From Strigamia acuminata (lineage: Eukaryota): DNA of 64,000 nt. This document shows positions 29,211 through 44,300 of the stretch, one piece after another. The DNA is taken from contig OX442314.1 of NCBI GenBank assembly GCA_949358305.1, positions 17,608,001 through 17,672,000 of the forward strand, given 5' to 3'. The translations under genes were made by a program, and so were the position numbers. The notes below the pieces were generated by a model. That model did no database searches. It was not told the origin of the DNA and saw nothing but the letters and a program-made list of their open reading frames with translations. Position 1 is the stretch's first letter. Each line of letters begins with the position of its first letter.

Positions 29211-30691
29211 TTAAAGTTTTTTTTCTAAGCTCACAGCATTTACTTCTTTAGCTTCAGTCAGTGCGCGTGATTCGTGGATATAAACGGCCAAACTCACGCC
29301 CTGAAACGTCAATTGCAAATTATAATATAAAAATAAAATAATTATCAACTAATGGACCTGTGATTCAGCCGATCTGACGAAACCCGTGTTTGCTGTAACT
29401 GTTATTGCTTTGTGGAAATCTCCCGTTCCAAAAATTATCTAAAAGAAATTATTTAAATTATTTTATTTTTCACTTAAATCGATTAATATTTGTTTACTTT
29501 TGATCTTTTCTTAATTTGACCACTTAAAGCCAGACATTTCATTCGAACTGAAAGGTTGTCGGGAACGGTCGTAACCCGACGAAGAAAAGAATTAGTTCGT
29601 GTCCTTTCGCCTTTACCACCCAAAGTTGATATTATTTTTTCGAAATCCGTCATGGCAGTTTTACAACAAATCAATTCTCGACCTGAAACTCACAATAAAT
29701 TCGAACAAATCTATTTCTAAACATCAGAAACTAAATTCACAACCTTGGAACAGTTTGTCCAGAATGGGTTTAATGGGTTTGACGCGCTCACAAGTTGCTT
29801 GGTAATCCAATATTTTTTCCTTAAATCTCAACCAGCAATTTCCATTAGTCAAGGCGGACACATAAGCGATTAGTGTCGTCACGTCTAAGTTCAGAGGCAC
29901 GGATTCAAGCGCAGAGGATTGCGGAACCTCAAATCCATCTTCTAATTTTAATGGTAATTCTAATTCATCGAACTTGAGAGGTGTATCTACATCGACGATT
30001 AAGTTTCCCTCCGCACAAATGTTTAAATCGTCTAAAATTTTAACGATAGTTGGGAAAACTCCATTTGTGAAGTAAAATTTCACCTTCGGTGCGACGAAAT
30101 AGATCGGATTAGCTTCTGCGCATCTTAAATAATTTTTAGCATGATCTAGAATTGATTTTTCGCCGAACTGACCCTGACCTAGAAAAAAAATAAACAATAA
30201 TCAGAAAATGTGAAATTTTAATTTATGCACGACCACCGTTACCTCACCTAAGGAAATTTGGTACATGGCCTGGGGATTGCGGGCGATCACTTTGGTCCAC
30301 ATTAACCCGTTCTCAGTTACTATATCTACCGCCATTCGATTCGTGTTCCAATGGAAAATCTTTAATATAGCCGTTACATTATCAAGTTCTATCGCAGCTT
30401 CCAACAACGCATTAAGTTGTAGAAGATTACTGCATAAAAGATGTTCTTGTTTTAACAGGGCTTTATCTTTTTCCAACTATACGAAATGCATCGATTAGAC
30501 AAATAATTATTCAATTTTCCTTTTCATACGTCTACCTTTGTTAAAAACTTAACCTCTGATTTAATTTTCTTACGCAATTTTATTACGCCTTGCACATTTT
30601 CTAGCTGTGCACAGCGAGTTAACATATGTTGAGCTTCTTCTAGCTTCGATTTTAGCATTAATGATGTATTTTCAGCATCAAAATATGCCAT
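29211..30691 (-). CDS. C7orf25: UPF0415 protein C7orf25 homologue (DUF1308)
   Basis: Spliced ORF MAYFDAEN...KLRKKIKSEVKFL...CSNLLQL...WTKVIARNPQA...NLDVTTLIAYVSALTNG...LGGKGERTR...IFGTGD...TANTGFVRSAESQGV..HESRALTEAK. Confidence 0.88.
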
Positions 30692-31010
30692 TTTTATAAT
30701 TGGATTATTTCTTTTTCTAACTAGACTTTAGTCAGTGTGTTAATGAGTTAAATTCCACATCTTGTAGCTAAATGCAACGAGCGCCGCCATGTTGGGTGAA
30801 ACCATTAATATCTGTTTGGGTTGCTAAGCGACAAACATTCCAATTGGCGGACTATTAATTTGTGATTGGTTGGTGAATCCTGCGACGGTAGAAAGCAAAA
30901 CAGGAAGGCATATACTGGTAGTGGGACCGCAGAGTGGGGCTTAAATCGAAAGCGCATTCGTTCACTTGGAAGAAGAAGAAGGTGGTTGAGGAAAGAATTG
31001 CGCGTTAACT

Positions 31011-34000
31011 ATGGCGGCAGCATCGGGAGACGTGCCTTTTTTTGGGTCATCATTTGAAGGCAAGTCATTTAGTTTGGCCCACGAACCCGGGAAAAAGAAA
31101 GGGGTAGGTATTTTCGTGTACAATTATGAAAATGTATGAGTCACACCGTAGAGCTTTTCTGCAAGGCGACTGAGAATCTGCAATGCAGAGAAGAAAAATC
31201 GCAAAACAACAATTTTATAAATTGCCGTTTGGCGTAAACATGTTATTATCCTTGTTTTTGCAATTGATTTTGAATCTAAACATAATTTTCTGAAGTTGTT
31301 AATAATAAATTTTATTTATTTATTAGATAATTTAAAAAATGGTTTTAAATTTATTGCTTGAATTAATTTTTTTATTTTTAATTTTTAGATATGTTCTGAA
31401 ATGACTAAAACGCTTTCCATCGCCACAATATCAGCCGCTTTGGGCTGCGCATTGCCGGCTGGTTTTAATTTTAGTGTCCTCAATGCACCACAATCAGTAA
31501 GACGAATGAAATTTTCAAAAAAAAAATTAATGAACAATTGTGAAATTGTTACAGATTTTACAAGAATTCTGTAATACCACCATCACTGCCAAGTTACAAC
31601 GGTCACTGACAGCTAAAGAATTAGAATTAATTTGGTCTTCCATCGTTGCCGTATTCCTTTTCGGCGGCATGATTGGAGCTGGAGTCGCCGGATGGATTTG
31701 CAATTTGATGGGACGGTAAATGAAGAATAATAATAAAAAAATAGTTTAAAATTACAAATATTTTAAATATTTTTGTTATTTTAGACGGAGATCGTTGCTT
31801 TTTAATCAGTTGTTTGGCCTCGGAGCTGCAATATTGTTTCTAGGCTCAAAGTCAGCGGATTCAATTGAAATGATTTTTCTTGGACGTATTTTAGCTGGAT
31901 TTTATAGTGGTAAAAATCTTCTGAAACGGGTTCGGTTTGACTGGTCAAAACTTTTACCAAATACCGACAAAGTATTTCTGAATTGAATCGGCGACAGCAA
32001 AATTGGAAATATGATTTTTGGTTGGTAGGATTCACATTTGGCGCTGTTCCAGTATATCTCACTGAAATATCACCTCTACCATTACGAGGCGCTTTAGGTG
32101 TAATACAGCAACTTGGACTCAATTTTGGAATTCTCGTGGCTCAAGTGCTGGGTCTGAAACATTTATTAGGCAAACAAACACGAACTTTTTTACATATTCA
32201 GATTTAAAAATGTTAATATTTAATTTAATTTCAGGAACTGAAGATTATTGGAATTATTTACTTGGATTTTTTGCAATTCCTATCATCTTGTTCTCTACGC
32301 TGTTGTATTTCTGCCCAGAAAGTCCTAAATATTTATATATTATTAAAGAAGACCACGCTGCAGCTTTGAATGGTAAGATGTAATCTTGTGTACTGGCAGT
32401 TACAGTTAGGTTTCCCCTGGACCGATTTCTTTTTTTTCTGCCACATTGATGGATTCATTGGATTGTCAATATATTGGAAAGCAAAAATTAATAAATTATT
32501 ATATAAATATATTTTCAGAATTGTCGCGTTTGCGAGGGGTTCCCGAAAATCAGTTGCAAAATGATGTGATTGAGCTGCGAGAAACTATGAAAGTTCATAC
32601 TTCAGAACCAAAATGGAGTTTATGGAGATTACTCCAGTCACCTGAATTACATTTGCCTCTTCTTCTGTTATGCTTGTTGCAGGGTGTTCAGCAATTGAGC
32701 GGGATTAGTGTTGTAAGAAATTTACATTTGGTCAGTCATCGTATGAAATAGTGTACAAGTTTTTTTTATTATTAGGTATTTTATTACTCGACGAGTATTT
32801 TTTTAAAGGCGGGAATTTCCGAAGAAAACAGCCAATATGCTGGAATAGGAGCATGCATAATTAATACGGTTATGGCAACTTTAGCGGTACCACAGCTGAA
32901 CACTGAAGTTTAGTTCTTTCAAATATTAAAAGTATTTAATCTTTTAAATTATAGATGGTTTTTGTCAGTAAATACACACGTCGAAGGCTGTTACTTATAA
33001 GTCTTTCGGGAATAGTATTCTTCTTGGTGGTGCTTACCGTTTCGCTGAGTGTAGAGGTAATGTGCACAATTTTTACTTTCTAAAGGAAAAAATCAGTTAG
33101 TGTGTAATATTGTTCTCTTGTTTATTCGTCTCAAAGATGTCCCTTACTAGTGATTAGTTAATTAGTGATAATTTATTTTAATTTTCAACCATTAATTGCA
33201 ACCAACTTGTATTAGGGCTTTTACGCATGCCTTTGTTTGATATTAGTTTAGGATTGGTTTTATATTCAACTGACCAGTGACCATTGACCACGCATGTCAT
33301 CTTGGAGATCTTATAATTTCTAACCTTGTCTAGCATGATTCTCAATCTCAATGACGCATGTAAAGCCAAGAGATAAAGTATTGACTACAATGGCAGTGTG
33401 CTTGTCCATGGGAGAGCTATTTGGGGTAACGTTTTGAAGTTGGGACAATTTCGCATTTGAACAGAAAACTGGGAGAAACCAATTAAAGACGGGTGGCTGA
33501 TGGTTTTATTAGAAAAGAGTACCATAAATTGAGTGGGATTCCCAATAGATCTGCAATCTGAATCTGCACAGGAAAGTTTGTTGTTCATATATCCCTTCTT
33601 GGTCGCCAATGACCAAGATTTTGGCAAGCAAGTCACATTTTCTATTTGCCCGTGTACAATTTTAAGGGTCCTTAGTTTTCGATCACTGTGATGTATTATT
33701 TATTTATAGACTGATGGTCAATGGATGTCAATAGTGGCTGTTGTAGCTCTCCTGAGCTATGTTCTCGCATATGGAGTGGGCTTAGGTAAGACGATTTCAG
33801 CAGAGGAGAAAATAATTCACTTGATGTCATCCATTGTGATTATTATTAGTGTGAAACTACACATTGACAACGTGTTTTTTATAAATCTGTTTCTTTTGTA
33901 TGAACTGACTTAATGAGGATAGAGATTGTTTTTGAGCTGAAAGTTATTATTTTATTCTGATTTATGATTAAGTAAACAGCAAGAGTTTTAAAAGAATCAG

Positions 34001-34447
34001 ATACAATGATTGCGATTTACTTTCAGGACCAATTCCATTCTTCATAGGAGCAGAAATGTTTAAACAAGGACCAAAACCAGCCGCTATGAGCTTAGGTTGT
34101 TGGGTCAATTGGACGTGCAATTTGATTTATGCCATCAGTTTTCCATCACTTCAGGTAAATGAAAAATATATATTTATGACGAGTTATTTTTTATTTTTGT
34201 CAATTTTGTTTAGACAAGCATCGGGGCGTACAGCTTCCTCATCTTTGCTTTTATAGTCGCAGCGGCGTTGATTTTCATTCATCGGAACCTTCCAGAGACT
34301 AAAGACAAAGATATAGCTGACATATCGAAATATTTTTTCGACTTGCACCAAAAATATAACGGAAAGACTGACAGCAATGAGGGAGATGTAATGATTTCAC
34401 AATCATCATCATCTCAAAGTGATAATGTTAAGTTTGCAAATGTTTGA
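31011..34447 (+). CDS. Facilitated glucose transporter (SLC2A/GLUT family, MFS)
   Basis: Spliced ORF with GFNFSVLNAPQ, GRR, GRILAG, PVYLTEISP.LRGALG, CPESPKYL, QQLSGI, GLGPIPFFIGAEMF and LPETK sugar-porter motifs. The N-terminal exon starts at ATG 31011. Confidence 0.92.
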
Positions 34448-34844
34448 GTACAAAGTTTGCTGTTGTTATCCTCACGAATTCTCATTCTCAATAAACATTT
34501 TAATTTTTGGTATTTATTTTTAATAATAACATTCTGCATAAACGGACAGCTTACGATTACGCATTATTTTTGTATACCATTTTTGCACTCATACTGGTGA
34601 ACGAGATAAGTGACTTTGGTTTTGAATGTACCTACTTGTGTAAGAAACAGAAATGCAAGGAAAAAGTGTGTTTACCATCTACTTTAATGATACATATGAA
34701 TATTTTCAATAAAAATACCGGCTCATTAACTTTACGAATATTCTTCAGTATTTTCCTTATGTTTTAAATTTGTTTAAAAAATTCAATAAGTGTTGTAGAC
34801 TCGAAACAATTTTACATATTTTGAAGTTGCGACAAAAATACATC

Positions 34845-35941
34845 TCACGACTCTTCTTCTTCTCCCAGGTGAAATAACTCCCGCATTTTCGTCCAGCACA
34901 TTAAGGTTAGTACTGTGTGTGGACCTATACGAATATAAGATGCCCCAAATCCCTTGTAAAATCCCCAAAAACCTTCTTTTTTAAAGATTTTAAGAATGCA
35001 ATCGAAAAATCCGTCATACAGAAGCCCCTTCCCCTTTTTATCTACACCTTGATTGTAAATTCGAGTGGACACTACATCCAGAGGAGTCATGAATATAGTG
35101 ATAGCGAAACCACTCAGCATACTTGCTGCAAATTCACTCAAAATGCTGCCTTGTGGGCAACACTCCAGCTGCAATTTAAATATTTGTCAAGCACAAAAGT
35201 TGTGCATGTGTTCAACAGGTGTTTTTATAGTTACGTTTAAGTCAGTTATATACTCTTTAGCTTTCGAATAGGACGTCAGTTGAGCGGCTGAGCCAAAAGT
35301 GATTCGAGGTAAAGCAGCTGTAGACCCTCGCCAAAGACCCGGAAAGCCACCTTCGCTGTAAATACGTGCCAAAGCTGAAAACAATCCTCTGTGGTGATGT
35401 TGATATCCAACTGCAATTGCCTGACTCCTAGATTCACATTGGAAGTGAGTTTTGATCTGGAAATAACACGGGAGAATATAAACATTGTTTTATTTGCGAA
35501 ATAAGTTGTAATTGTGGATATTTTAAAAAGATTTTATTCAATAACATTATTTAACGTTACCAAATAGAAGGGGCTTGCGATGAATCCACTTAGACACCCA
35601 GCAAATGCTGAGACAGCAATAGTCTTAAGCCCAGAGGTATCTCCGGATCCGTCGGACTTGGACGTGTACCCCAAATTTACAATAGATTGGTATACTCCTA
35701 ATCGTGTTCCATTCATGATCATTTGATAAACCACTGCTGATAACAGACCATTCTGAAGAGCCATAATTCCATCGCTAGAAGCAATCACGTAACCGGCGTG
35801 GAATACATTTTTGTAATGTTTCGTGTATAAACCTTTTTTTTGAAGTTCTCCTTGGAGTTGCATACGAGTTTTTATTACTTCAGCCGGATTGCTGAATAAA
35901 ACAGCTCCAGCCGCTGCCAAGCCGCCTAAAAGGAACTCCAT
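34845..35941 (-). CDS. SLC25A35: Mitochondrial carrier SLC25A35/34 homologue
   Basis: MEFLLGGLAAAGAVLFSNPAEVIKTRMQLQGEL..., SPFYL|IKTHFQ and MTPLDVVSTRIYNQ...RIGPHTVL; three carrier repeats across three exons. Confidence 0.88.
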
Positions 35942-37150
35942 GCTTATGCATCCGTCATAGTTTCTCTAAAATTTTGAATTCATGTCAAATCAGTAGTTGA
36001 AAACAATTTTTAGAAAGGGATGAGTGAATGGCAGCGACTTTTCTTGTACGAAAAGTGGCGCCATCTATTTAAAAATGACCAGTATGGTACAATCCATAAT
36101 TAACTTCACACAATTCAGAATACATTTCTTTTTCGGTAGATACACAATAGTGTCATACTGTCATTCAAACTTGACAGTTATTGTTTAAAAATCCGTATTG
36201 TTTGCATTTGCATTTCATACAATTTTATTTGCATGAATGACTTGTGGAGTTTACGCGGAAAAATTGTGTAATTCAATTAATCAGGGGAATTTTAATATTT
36301 TAAACGATCAAACTTGAAAAATCAGAATAATTCTTTTTCTTTCCTGTAATATACAAATTTAAATTAAACTGCATTTGCATTTTTTTTTAAAAAAATGTAT
36401 GAGTTACAAAAAAACTTATTTTCCCTCCTATTTTGATAATATTTATTGAAACGTATCGGTTACATTTGTGAATGGATTTTCAATAAGACAATAATTTACT
36501 CAAATTCCAATTTAATTCAAAGAATAACTATAAAACTTGATATTCCTTATAACGTATATCCAAATATAAAGAGTTGTGTTTATATAGGTTATTTGCAATT
36601 TTATGCATTCAAAAACGACAAAAAATTAACAAATTGGTCAAATTTTTTAACACCCCTGTCTAAAACTCTGCAAACTACTTCACACAGTTTCAAAAATTCA
36701 GCCTTCAAGATGACTTTCCAACAAGGTCATGTGCCCGGAAATTCGCTGCTTTCCGTCAATGATACCTATAATACATGCCGACCGACCAATTACACTTCTT
36801 AATACCAATCACGTGATGCACCAAATTATGCTATCGCTTGCACTTGTAATCGTCTGCTTAGAACAACATTTCATCTCGTCTGGTCACTTTGGTAAAAAGG
36901 TATTTAATTCTTTAATGATCCATGAAACCATATTATTTTCTTTTTTAAAAAAAAACTAGCGTAGAAAATCTTACTTAAGGAAATCTTAACTGGGGAATTT
37001 TGTTACACCAATTAACTGAATAATTACTATCAATTTTTATTGTACTTCAGGTATGAAATCGAACCAAGTTGAAACAACGAGTAACACCTTCGACAACACT
37101 TATCCAGATTACCACTACTGTTAATTTAATTTTCAATCATTACATTCACG

Positions 37151-39370
37151 ATGGTGGTATGCAACGGGACTACTTTGGTTTTATCTCCGTCAGTTGTACC
37201 TGTCCCCGCGCCGGTCGCAGCGACCGTTGCACCGGCGACGGTGACGGCAATTCCCCAATACATTGCCACCGCACCTCCACCACCGCCGCCCGTTTGCCAT
37301 CCAATCCCCGTGCCCTCGTTTTGGGCAAATCAAGCTTAGTAAGTATATATTTAAATATTAATTTATATTTTTCCTTTTAAATTAAACACTTAAGCCACGA
37401 ATGAAGCAAAAAAAAAAAGGAAAACAATTACGAGGGAGAAATAATTTCAGTCATGCGTTACATCAATAAGTCTTCCAAAGTGTTTATTACAGACAATAGA
37501 CTTTAGTCCAGATGAATATCAAGCAATGCATAAAAATAGTGAATACTGACTGACCCGGTAACACTGTCCCATTTCACCTTTTCTCTCCCTATTCATTCAT
37601 AAAATTATTATCTTTTGCAATCTTATTGATAACTTTTCCTTTTGATAATTTCAATCGATGGGTAATGAGAAAGTGATTGAATTTAAAGAATGCAATTGAA
37701 TGCAAATTAATGAGTTGCTTGTTGCAGCTTTAAATCGACCCTTATAAACACGAATTATATATATATTTATTATTATTTTTTACGAATATTGCAACAACTT
37801 TGTTCTCTTTAGTCGTAAACAAATATTTACACAAACTATATACAGCGCACGGCAAAGTTTGTTGTACATTACACACACACATGTCCGGCATGTAAATCAA
37901 ATAAACGCTATAAATATCAAAATATTAAATACGGTGTACATATTCCGGGTTACAAATATCGTTCTGAGATATAAAAAAATAATATATTTTATATTTATAA
38001 AAAAAAAAAAAGCACGAGTAAAATAGTAAATAGATATAAAACTGAGGTGGATCTCTGGTAAGAGCTAGCTAAGAGCGGTCGGCACTTGTTCCGAGTTTTT
38101 AATGAGCTAGAAAAACGAGGTACTTAAAAAACTTGACAAAAGCCACGTTCTCGTTTGAGCAAACCTCCATTGCACACAATCTTGAGACGTCTTTGACAAA
38201 TATTTTTAGTAAATTCTTACCTCAATTTGCTGTATTCATTTCCGCTTGGAGTGACGTTGCAACGTCAAAGACGCACAACCCAAACACTGAAAAACTTTAT
38301 GGTGCTGTAAAACGACCGAGGGATGTTCATTACCTTTGTCCATTATCCTCCTATTTATTTTTTATTTTATTCGTTTCAAAAGTTTATTTTATTAAAATTT
38401 GAAAGGAAAATATCAAATGGAGAAAAATGCAAATTTTTTAAAACAACAACTCATCACATTTTATTTATATTGACGCGTTTCTAATTACGATTGTCAATAA
38501 GGAAAATAAAAAGAAACTTGTTTGCGACATTTAAAACCCCTTATTGTCCGACCTGGATAATTTTTTTTTCCTGGATAAAAAATGTCACGCATTCGAGCGA
38601 AGATAATTGACAAGTGGACAATTATTTTCTTTTACCACTTAATATGAAAATGAATACCAATAATTTTTGTTTTATATTTGGTGTTATCATATTTTTTTAG
38701 TGGCATGGAGGCGGTGTGGTACGGGGAGTTTTTACGACTCTTTCAACGCTACCCCCAACGATGGCATTTAATTCCATCCGGAAGTCGTCCTGGTGGAAAT
38801 CACTGGGAGGAATTTCGAGACGGAGCTAAAGTCAGATTTTGTTGTCAGGTGAAAATAAAATCTTTCTTATTTATTTAATGGTGGAAGAAAATACATTAAA
38901 TAATTGTTTGTCTCTTGATTAATTTTTTTTTCCATTTATTCTTTACGCTTAATGGTTATTTAGGATTGTGGTCATGGATGGACATCCATGAAGGGAAGAG
39001 TTATGTTCTGGTTCTTTCTCGACGTGTTCTTGAGTGAAGGTTGGATATTATTCCAATTATTTGGTCAACGATGTCTAAAATGCAATACAAACCACTTTGA
39101 AAATGCTATGTGGTATCCAGAAGAAGTAGTTAAGGTAAAAATAATTTAAAAACAGCATGAAAATCCATTTTGTCACTTGAGTTTAACAAGAAAAAGATAA
39201 TTTTATTCTAGGTAATGACTAATGTATGTAATCGAATGGCCGAAGTATATTATGGGTTTCCTCAATGCCCTCAACGCAGTGCGCGTCGTCCAGGACGACC
39301 GAGAAATCCTCATAATCGTGATCTTTGTCAGGCATGTTTTGAAGGGGTTTGCAACGAAAGAAGGTGTTGA
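37151..39370 (+). CDS. 3CxxC zinc-binding domain protein (receptor-transporting protein / ZAR1-like)
   Basis: Exons 37151-37338, 38701-38848, 38964-39134 and 39212-39370. A Pro/Val-rich N-terminus is followed by W..EF, FCCQDCGHGWTS, FGQRCLKC and PHNRDLCQACFEGVC. There is no C-terminal TM segment. Confidence 0.85.
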
Positions 39371-41397
39371 CATGGTTTCAATTTCAATTTAAAATTTGAA
39401 AACAAATAAAAAAGAACCGGTCAATAAATCATTAATTATGAATAGTGATTTACATACACAAAAAAAAATTAAAAAAATAAAATTTCAAGCAATTTGTCAT
39501 CAATTCAGCGAGGTAAGTTAAGGGAATTAATTCACCAACTGAAAGCACCGCTTTAGCATCTTTTTGGTGCTTCACCGCACGGTTCAAACGCTATTGCGTT
39601 TAACAAAAATATCATTGCACTTCATATTCATCTTAAATATTAAAGTAAACTTATATTTTCTCTATATTATTTGTGTAAAAAATAGACTTAGTATATCTAA
39701 TTTAGGTAAATATCACAAATTTTTTCTAGAAATTATTATTATACATCGTGCATTTATTTTTTTAGAAAATTATACATCATTTGTTGTCGTTATTCAAACG
39801 AATCTTTCATATAAACAAATTACCGTACTATAATATTTTCGCCGTCGTCTATTATATATAAAATATTTATATATATATATATATGTTATATACCGACAAA
39901 ATTGTTTTTGTTAAAAAATAGAAAATAAAAATGATAAATTTTATTTTAATTTGAAAAAAAAAATACTCAACCTAATCGTATCCCTTTATTTATTATTCGT
40001 TTAAGGTTATACACAGTAAGAATATCAAGTCAATACAGTAGATCTTAACCAAGATAAAAAATTGTATACAAAAATATCCCTGGTGTGTTGATTAACTGAA
40101 CCATTGCTGAATTGGGAGAAAAATTTGATTTAATTTTTTTTTAATATTTATTTTTTTTTATATATTATAAATACAAAACGGTATTGCTGATTAACATTCC
40201 TATATTATTGCTTTATTCTTTTATAAATTTATCTAATAATAAGTAGATCATCATATAAAAAACGATTCAGCAATGGCTGCCTAAATTGTAAAGAAATAAT
40301 AATCGCTAAATATTAAATTATCAATAGAAATAAGTTGCATTGATAGTGACACAATAATTACATCTTGAAAATAACCGAAAACCAGATAGATCGTACTAAT
40401 ACAACATAGATGTATTTATAATAATAAATTTTTCAAAATGTAATATTCAAAAAAGTTAAAATTCGGTAGGTCAGAATGGGGCTGGGATCACTCGATAAAT
40501 GGGATGTAGTTTCTTGAGCATATACATTGTTAAATATATATTTATTTATTTTTATAGAACTTATTACACACGTAACTATTGTGTGTAATCTTAGCTAATA
40601 AATAGTTAAACCAACCCCTAGATCTAGAAAAGTTGTTACAATCAGGGTAGAAACTACAGTACTGTACTTCTATTTCACTACCGAGCTATTTATGGAAGAC
40701 ATAGCCCTGCTGCCATAGTTACAAAGCTTTTTTAAATCCACATTTGTAGAGGAATTCTTTAACAAGATCAAAGTCACAACCACCGTTTTAGGAATAGATT
40801 ATAAAGATTTAATTTTGTTTTTTAAATGGAAGCACTTGATGACATTACAATTACATAAAATTATACTTAAAAAAGAAATAAAATTAACACTTTGGTATAT
40901 AAAAACTGAACAAATAAAGAAGTTCAAAGTATTTTCATCTTTAGACGAACAGTTGCAATCGAGATTATGCACTACGCTTTAAAAAAAAAAGATCACAACA
41001 AAAATGTTATTTGTTATTATAATTTTCACAGACTAGTAATCTTAACAAGTTTAATATACCTTCAACAATTCAAATTTCTTTTCCCCACATTACAATTGTC
41101 CTTTCAAATTTCAATCACAAATTTTCTCTTAAAAACTTAACAAGGAAGACGCCTAACTTAAAAAATGTTAAAATAAATTTACGGATGCAAATCATTAAAT
41201 TTGCGCGTCTAGAAATGCACGATTAATTTTTTTTTTAAATTCAATCAATCACCTTGAAATTACAAAATAAAATTTTGGATGAGCAAAAATGAGTTCAAGA
41301 TGATTAATAATTTCCCTAATTTTATTTCGGAAGAGCTCACTATCGTTAAGTACTCGAGTTAAAAGAATAAAACTTTTGGTGTTTTTTAAATTTCTTT

Positions 41398-44300
41398 TTA
41401 CATATGGTATTTAAGTATGCTACTGTTGAGCACGCCCGCAGCTCCGTATAAACACGAGATAACTTGAGATAATTCATACTTCAAACCAGCAACGTCCGTC
41501 AAATCATCTTGCGACTGTTTCTTTAGACTACGAATTTTCAAAATTAAATTCACCACCTGAGGAAGGAAAATCCCTTTGTTTTTATTGTCCGGATGAGGGC
41601 CGAATAACGCGTGTCTAAAGTATATCTTAATGTTAGTACAGAAAATGCAAAACAGTTAAAACATTCCGTGTTTACCTGTAATAAACTTTGTAGAACGAAT
41701 CTGAATGTGGAATAATTAACGCTCGCTCCAGTTCCATCGCTCTGTCGTTATATTCGTGATACCCCAGCAATTCGCTGTCGAAACAACAAAATTACAGTAA
41801 GAAATTCCTGACATTCTATTGCAAAACTTACTCGTGTTCATTAACTGACTGGAAATTACTATGGAAATCTAAGCAAGCTTTGTCGAACGACTTTATCGCA
41901 ATCTCCAACGGCTCTAAAGAAACGTTCCAACTAGTAAACTCGGAGGAATACATCTCTTGGAACGCGTGAAACTCGCTGGAAACCTTCATGCCGTAATCTT
42001 CAGTGTTGACCGGCATTTTGAGCGAGTCGGACAACTCCAGCGCTAGACTCGCCAACAGTTTAGAGATGGTAACTGCCACTTCAAATCGCGGGTCGACGTA
42101 TGAAAAAGCTTCAAAGTCATCGTAAGCTGAATACGATAACTTGTAGTTTGGAACTACATCTTCATTTTCAAAATACAGATGTAAAGACGAAATCCCATAC
42201 CCGTTCATAAAGGTAACGTAATCGGAGCTGCCTCCCAAAATTTCTAATCTGCAAATACGTAATGTAATGAATGCAGAAACTAATACGTTTAATCTTACTG
42301 AGGTTCTATGTTTTCCACATAAATACTATGCATGGCCAACCAATGATGGTACGCGTCTTCTATAGGTTTCTCTTGAGCAGCTGTTGTAAATGCTTGAAGC
42401 AACAAGGGACTTCCCATCGCAGATAAAACTTCATTGCCTATAATTGCAGCGTCGGTGTTGATGTAGACCAGGGCCCTGCTGGCTAGCTCGTCTCTATGCA
42501 GCTGACACAAACAAAATTATATTACGGATTGAGTTGCCTACATCTATTTTTACTTTTACCTCTAACCATTCGGTTGAACCAACCATCCCAAACTCTTTTG
42601 CATCCCACAGCGCAAAAACTAACGTTCTACCCGGTTTCCAACCTGTTTAATCCAATCATAAAGGTATATTAAGTAAACGTTGAGGGAAAAATCACGTTAA
42701 ATGTATTATACCAGTTTTTGTAAATTCGCCGAGTGCTCGAACCATTTCTAAAAACGATGCCAATCCAGTTCCGGGATCACCGGTACCATTGGTCCACGAA
42801 TCGTAATGATTGCCGAAGATAATGTAGCGATCGGGCTCAAATTTTCCTTTCAAAGTCCCTAACACGTTGAAGATTTCTTCCTCTTTAAATTCGTTGAAAA
42901 GTGTCATTTCTATGGATCTAGTTTCAAAATATATAAAACGTAATCAGATTTATTTTTTTTATAAGTTAACAAAATGTGTACAAGTCTTTGTCTTTATATC
43001 CAGGGCCCACTGAATACGAGATGTTGAGACCGCCTTTCCAAGTTTCGTTACCAGTTGGACCATCCATTTCACTAAATCAGAATTAATTTTTTACATATTG
43101 AAAATTAATACTATTATCTTTACTTCATAAATTTCAGAGCATTGTTGTAACTGATCGGCTGCACGGGAATTCTAGGGACCGCGAACATCACCTTGGACTC
43201 TCTATACGCATTTTCTATATTTCAAAAACTGTAGTTACATAAATGCGTAGAAATTTGAAATTGTGACAAACCAGTCGCTGGTTGAACTGGCGTAATCGGA
43301 TCTCCAGGTAAGAGGTTCAAAGAACCTCGAATTATTCCATCACCGGGTAAACCGAGCCCATCTGGATAAATGGGAACTCCGTTGGCGTAGTCGCTCGGAT
43401 CCGGATAAAGCATGGCGCCGACTATTCCAAAATCCTCCGCCAATCTTACCTGTTTTACATGTAAAAAAAATTATTTAGTTATTTATTTATTAATATATTT
43501 ACTGTGACATACTTTATTAGCAATGTGAGTTTGACCCATCCTCATAATAGCGATGCAACCAGTTAAATTAATGCTTTTATTAAATTGTAAATATTCAAAG
43601 TCTTCTCGTCTGCCATAGTTAACGTACACTGGTTTTCCCTTAAATTGATCGATCGGAAAATAAGTTTTGATATTAACAATCACCAACAAATGATGATAAA
43701 AACCTCGGCAGTTCCATTTGGCGAATAAGCAAAATATGGTCTTAAATCAGGATGAAGTTCATCATCTCCCGATTCCGAAGCAATCTTTAGGGTCTTGTTG
43801 GTCTTCCGGTTAATCAATTGAACAATATTTGGCTTGGTACTGACGAAAAAAAGAGCAAAAAATCAGCAAAAAATTGATGGCGTCATTTAAAAATAACTTA
43901 CTTGGAAGGATATGATAACATAACGCGGAATTTTTCAATATGTACATTGTCAATTCCCCACGACTGCCATAAATCTTTAATGTAATTTGCGTAGTTTTTA
44001 TTGGCTTTTTTTCCAGCTATGTGCGGTTCCAAGGTGTAGTTTCTATAATTGAAAGTTTAATCAGCTGAAATTGGTAAACAACAAGTTTTATCTGTGTTTG
44101 CAAAACTCTTACTGAAGAAATTGTTTAATGTTATCAACTTGAATCAAGTTGAGCAGCTCTTGTTTTTTACCAGGAACGGCCGAATATGGTGGTACTTCAC
44201 TGTGTGATACCACTATAGTTTCTTTACTAATTTCTTTTGTAACAACTCCTCTTCTGAGGAAAAAGCCAGTAATTAATCCTAAACAAAATACCAGCAGCAC

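Noticed and set aside
33058..33710. GC-richer GLUT intron with short minus-strand ORFs
   Set aside because: No recognisable domain, repeat termini or RNA structure.
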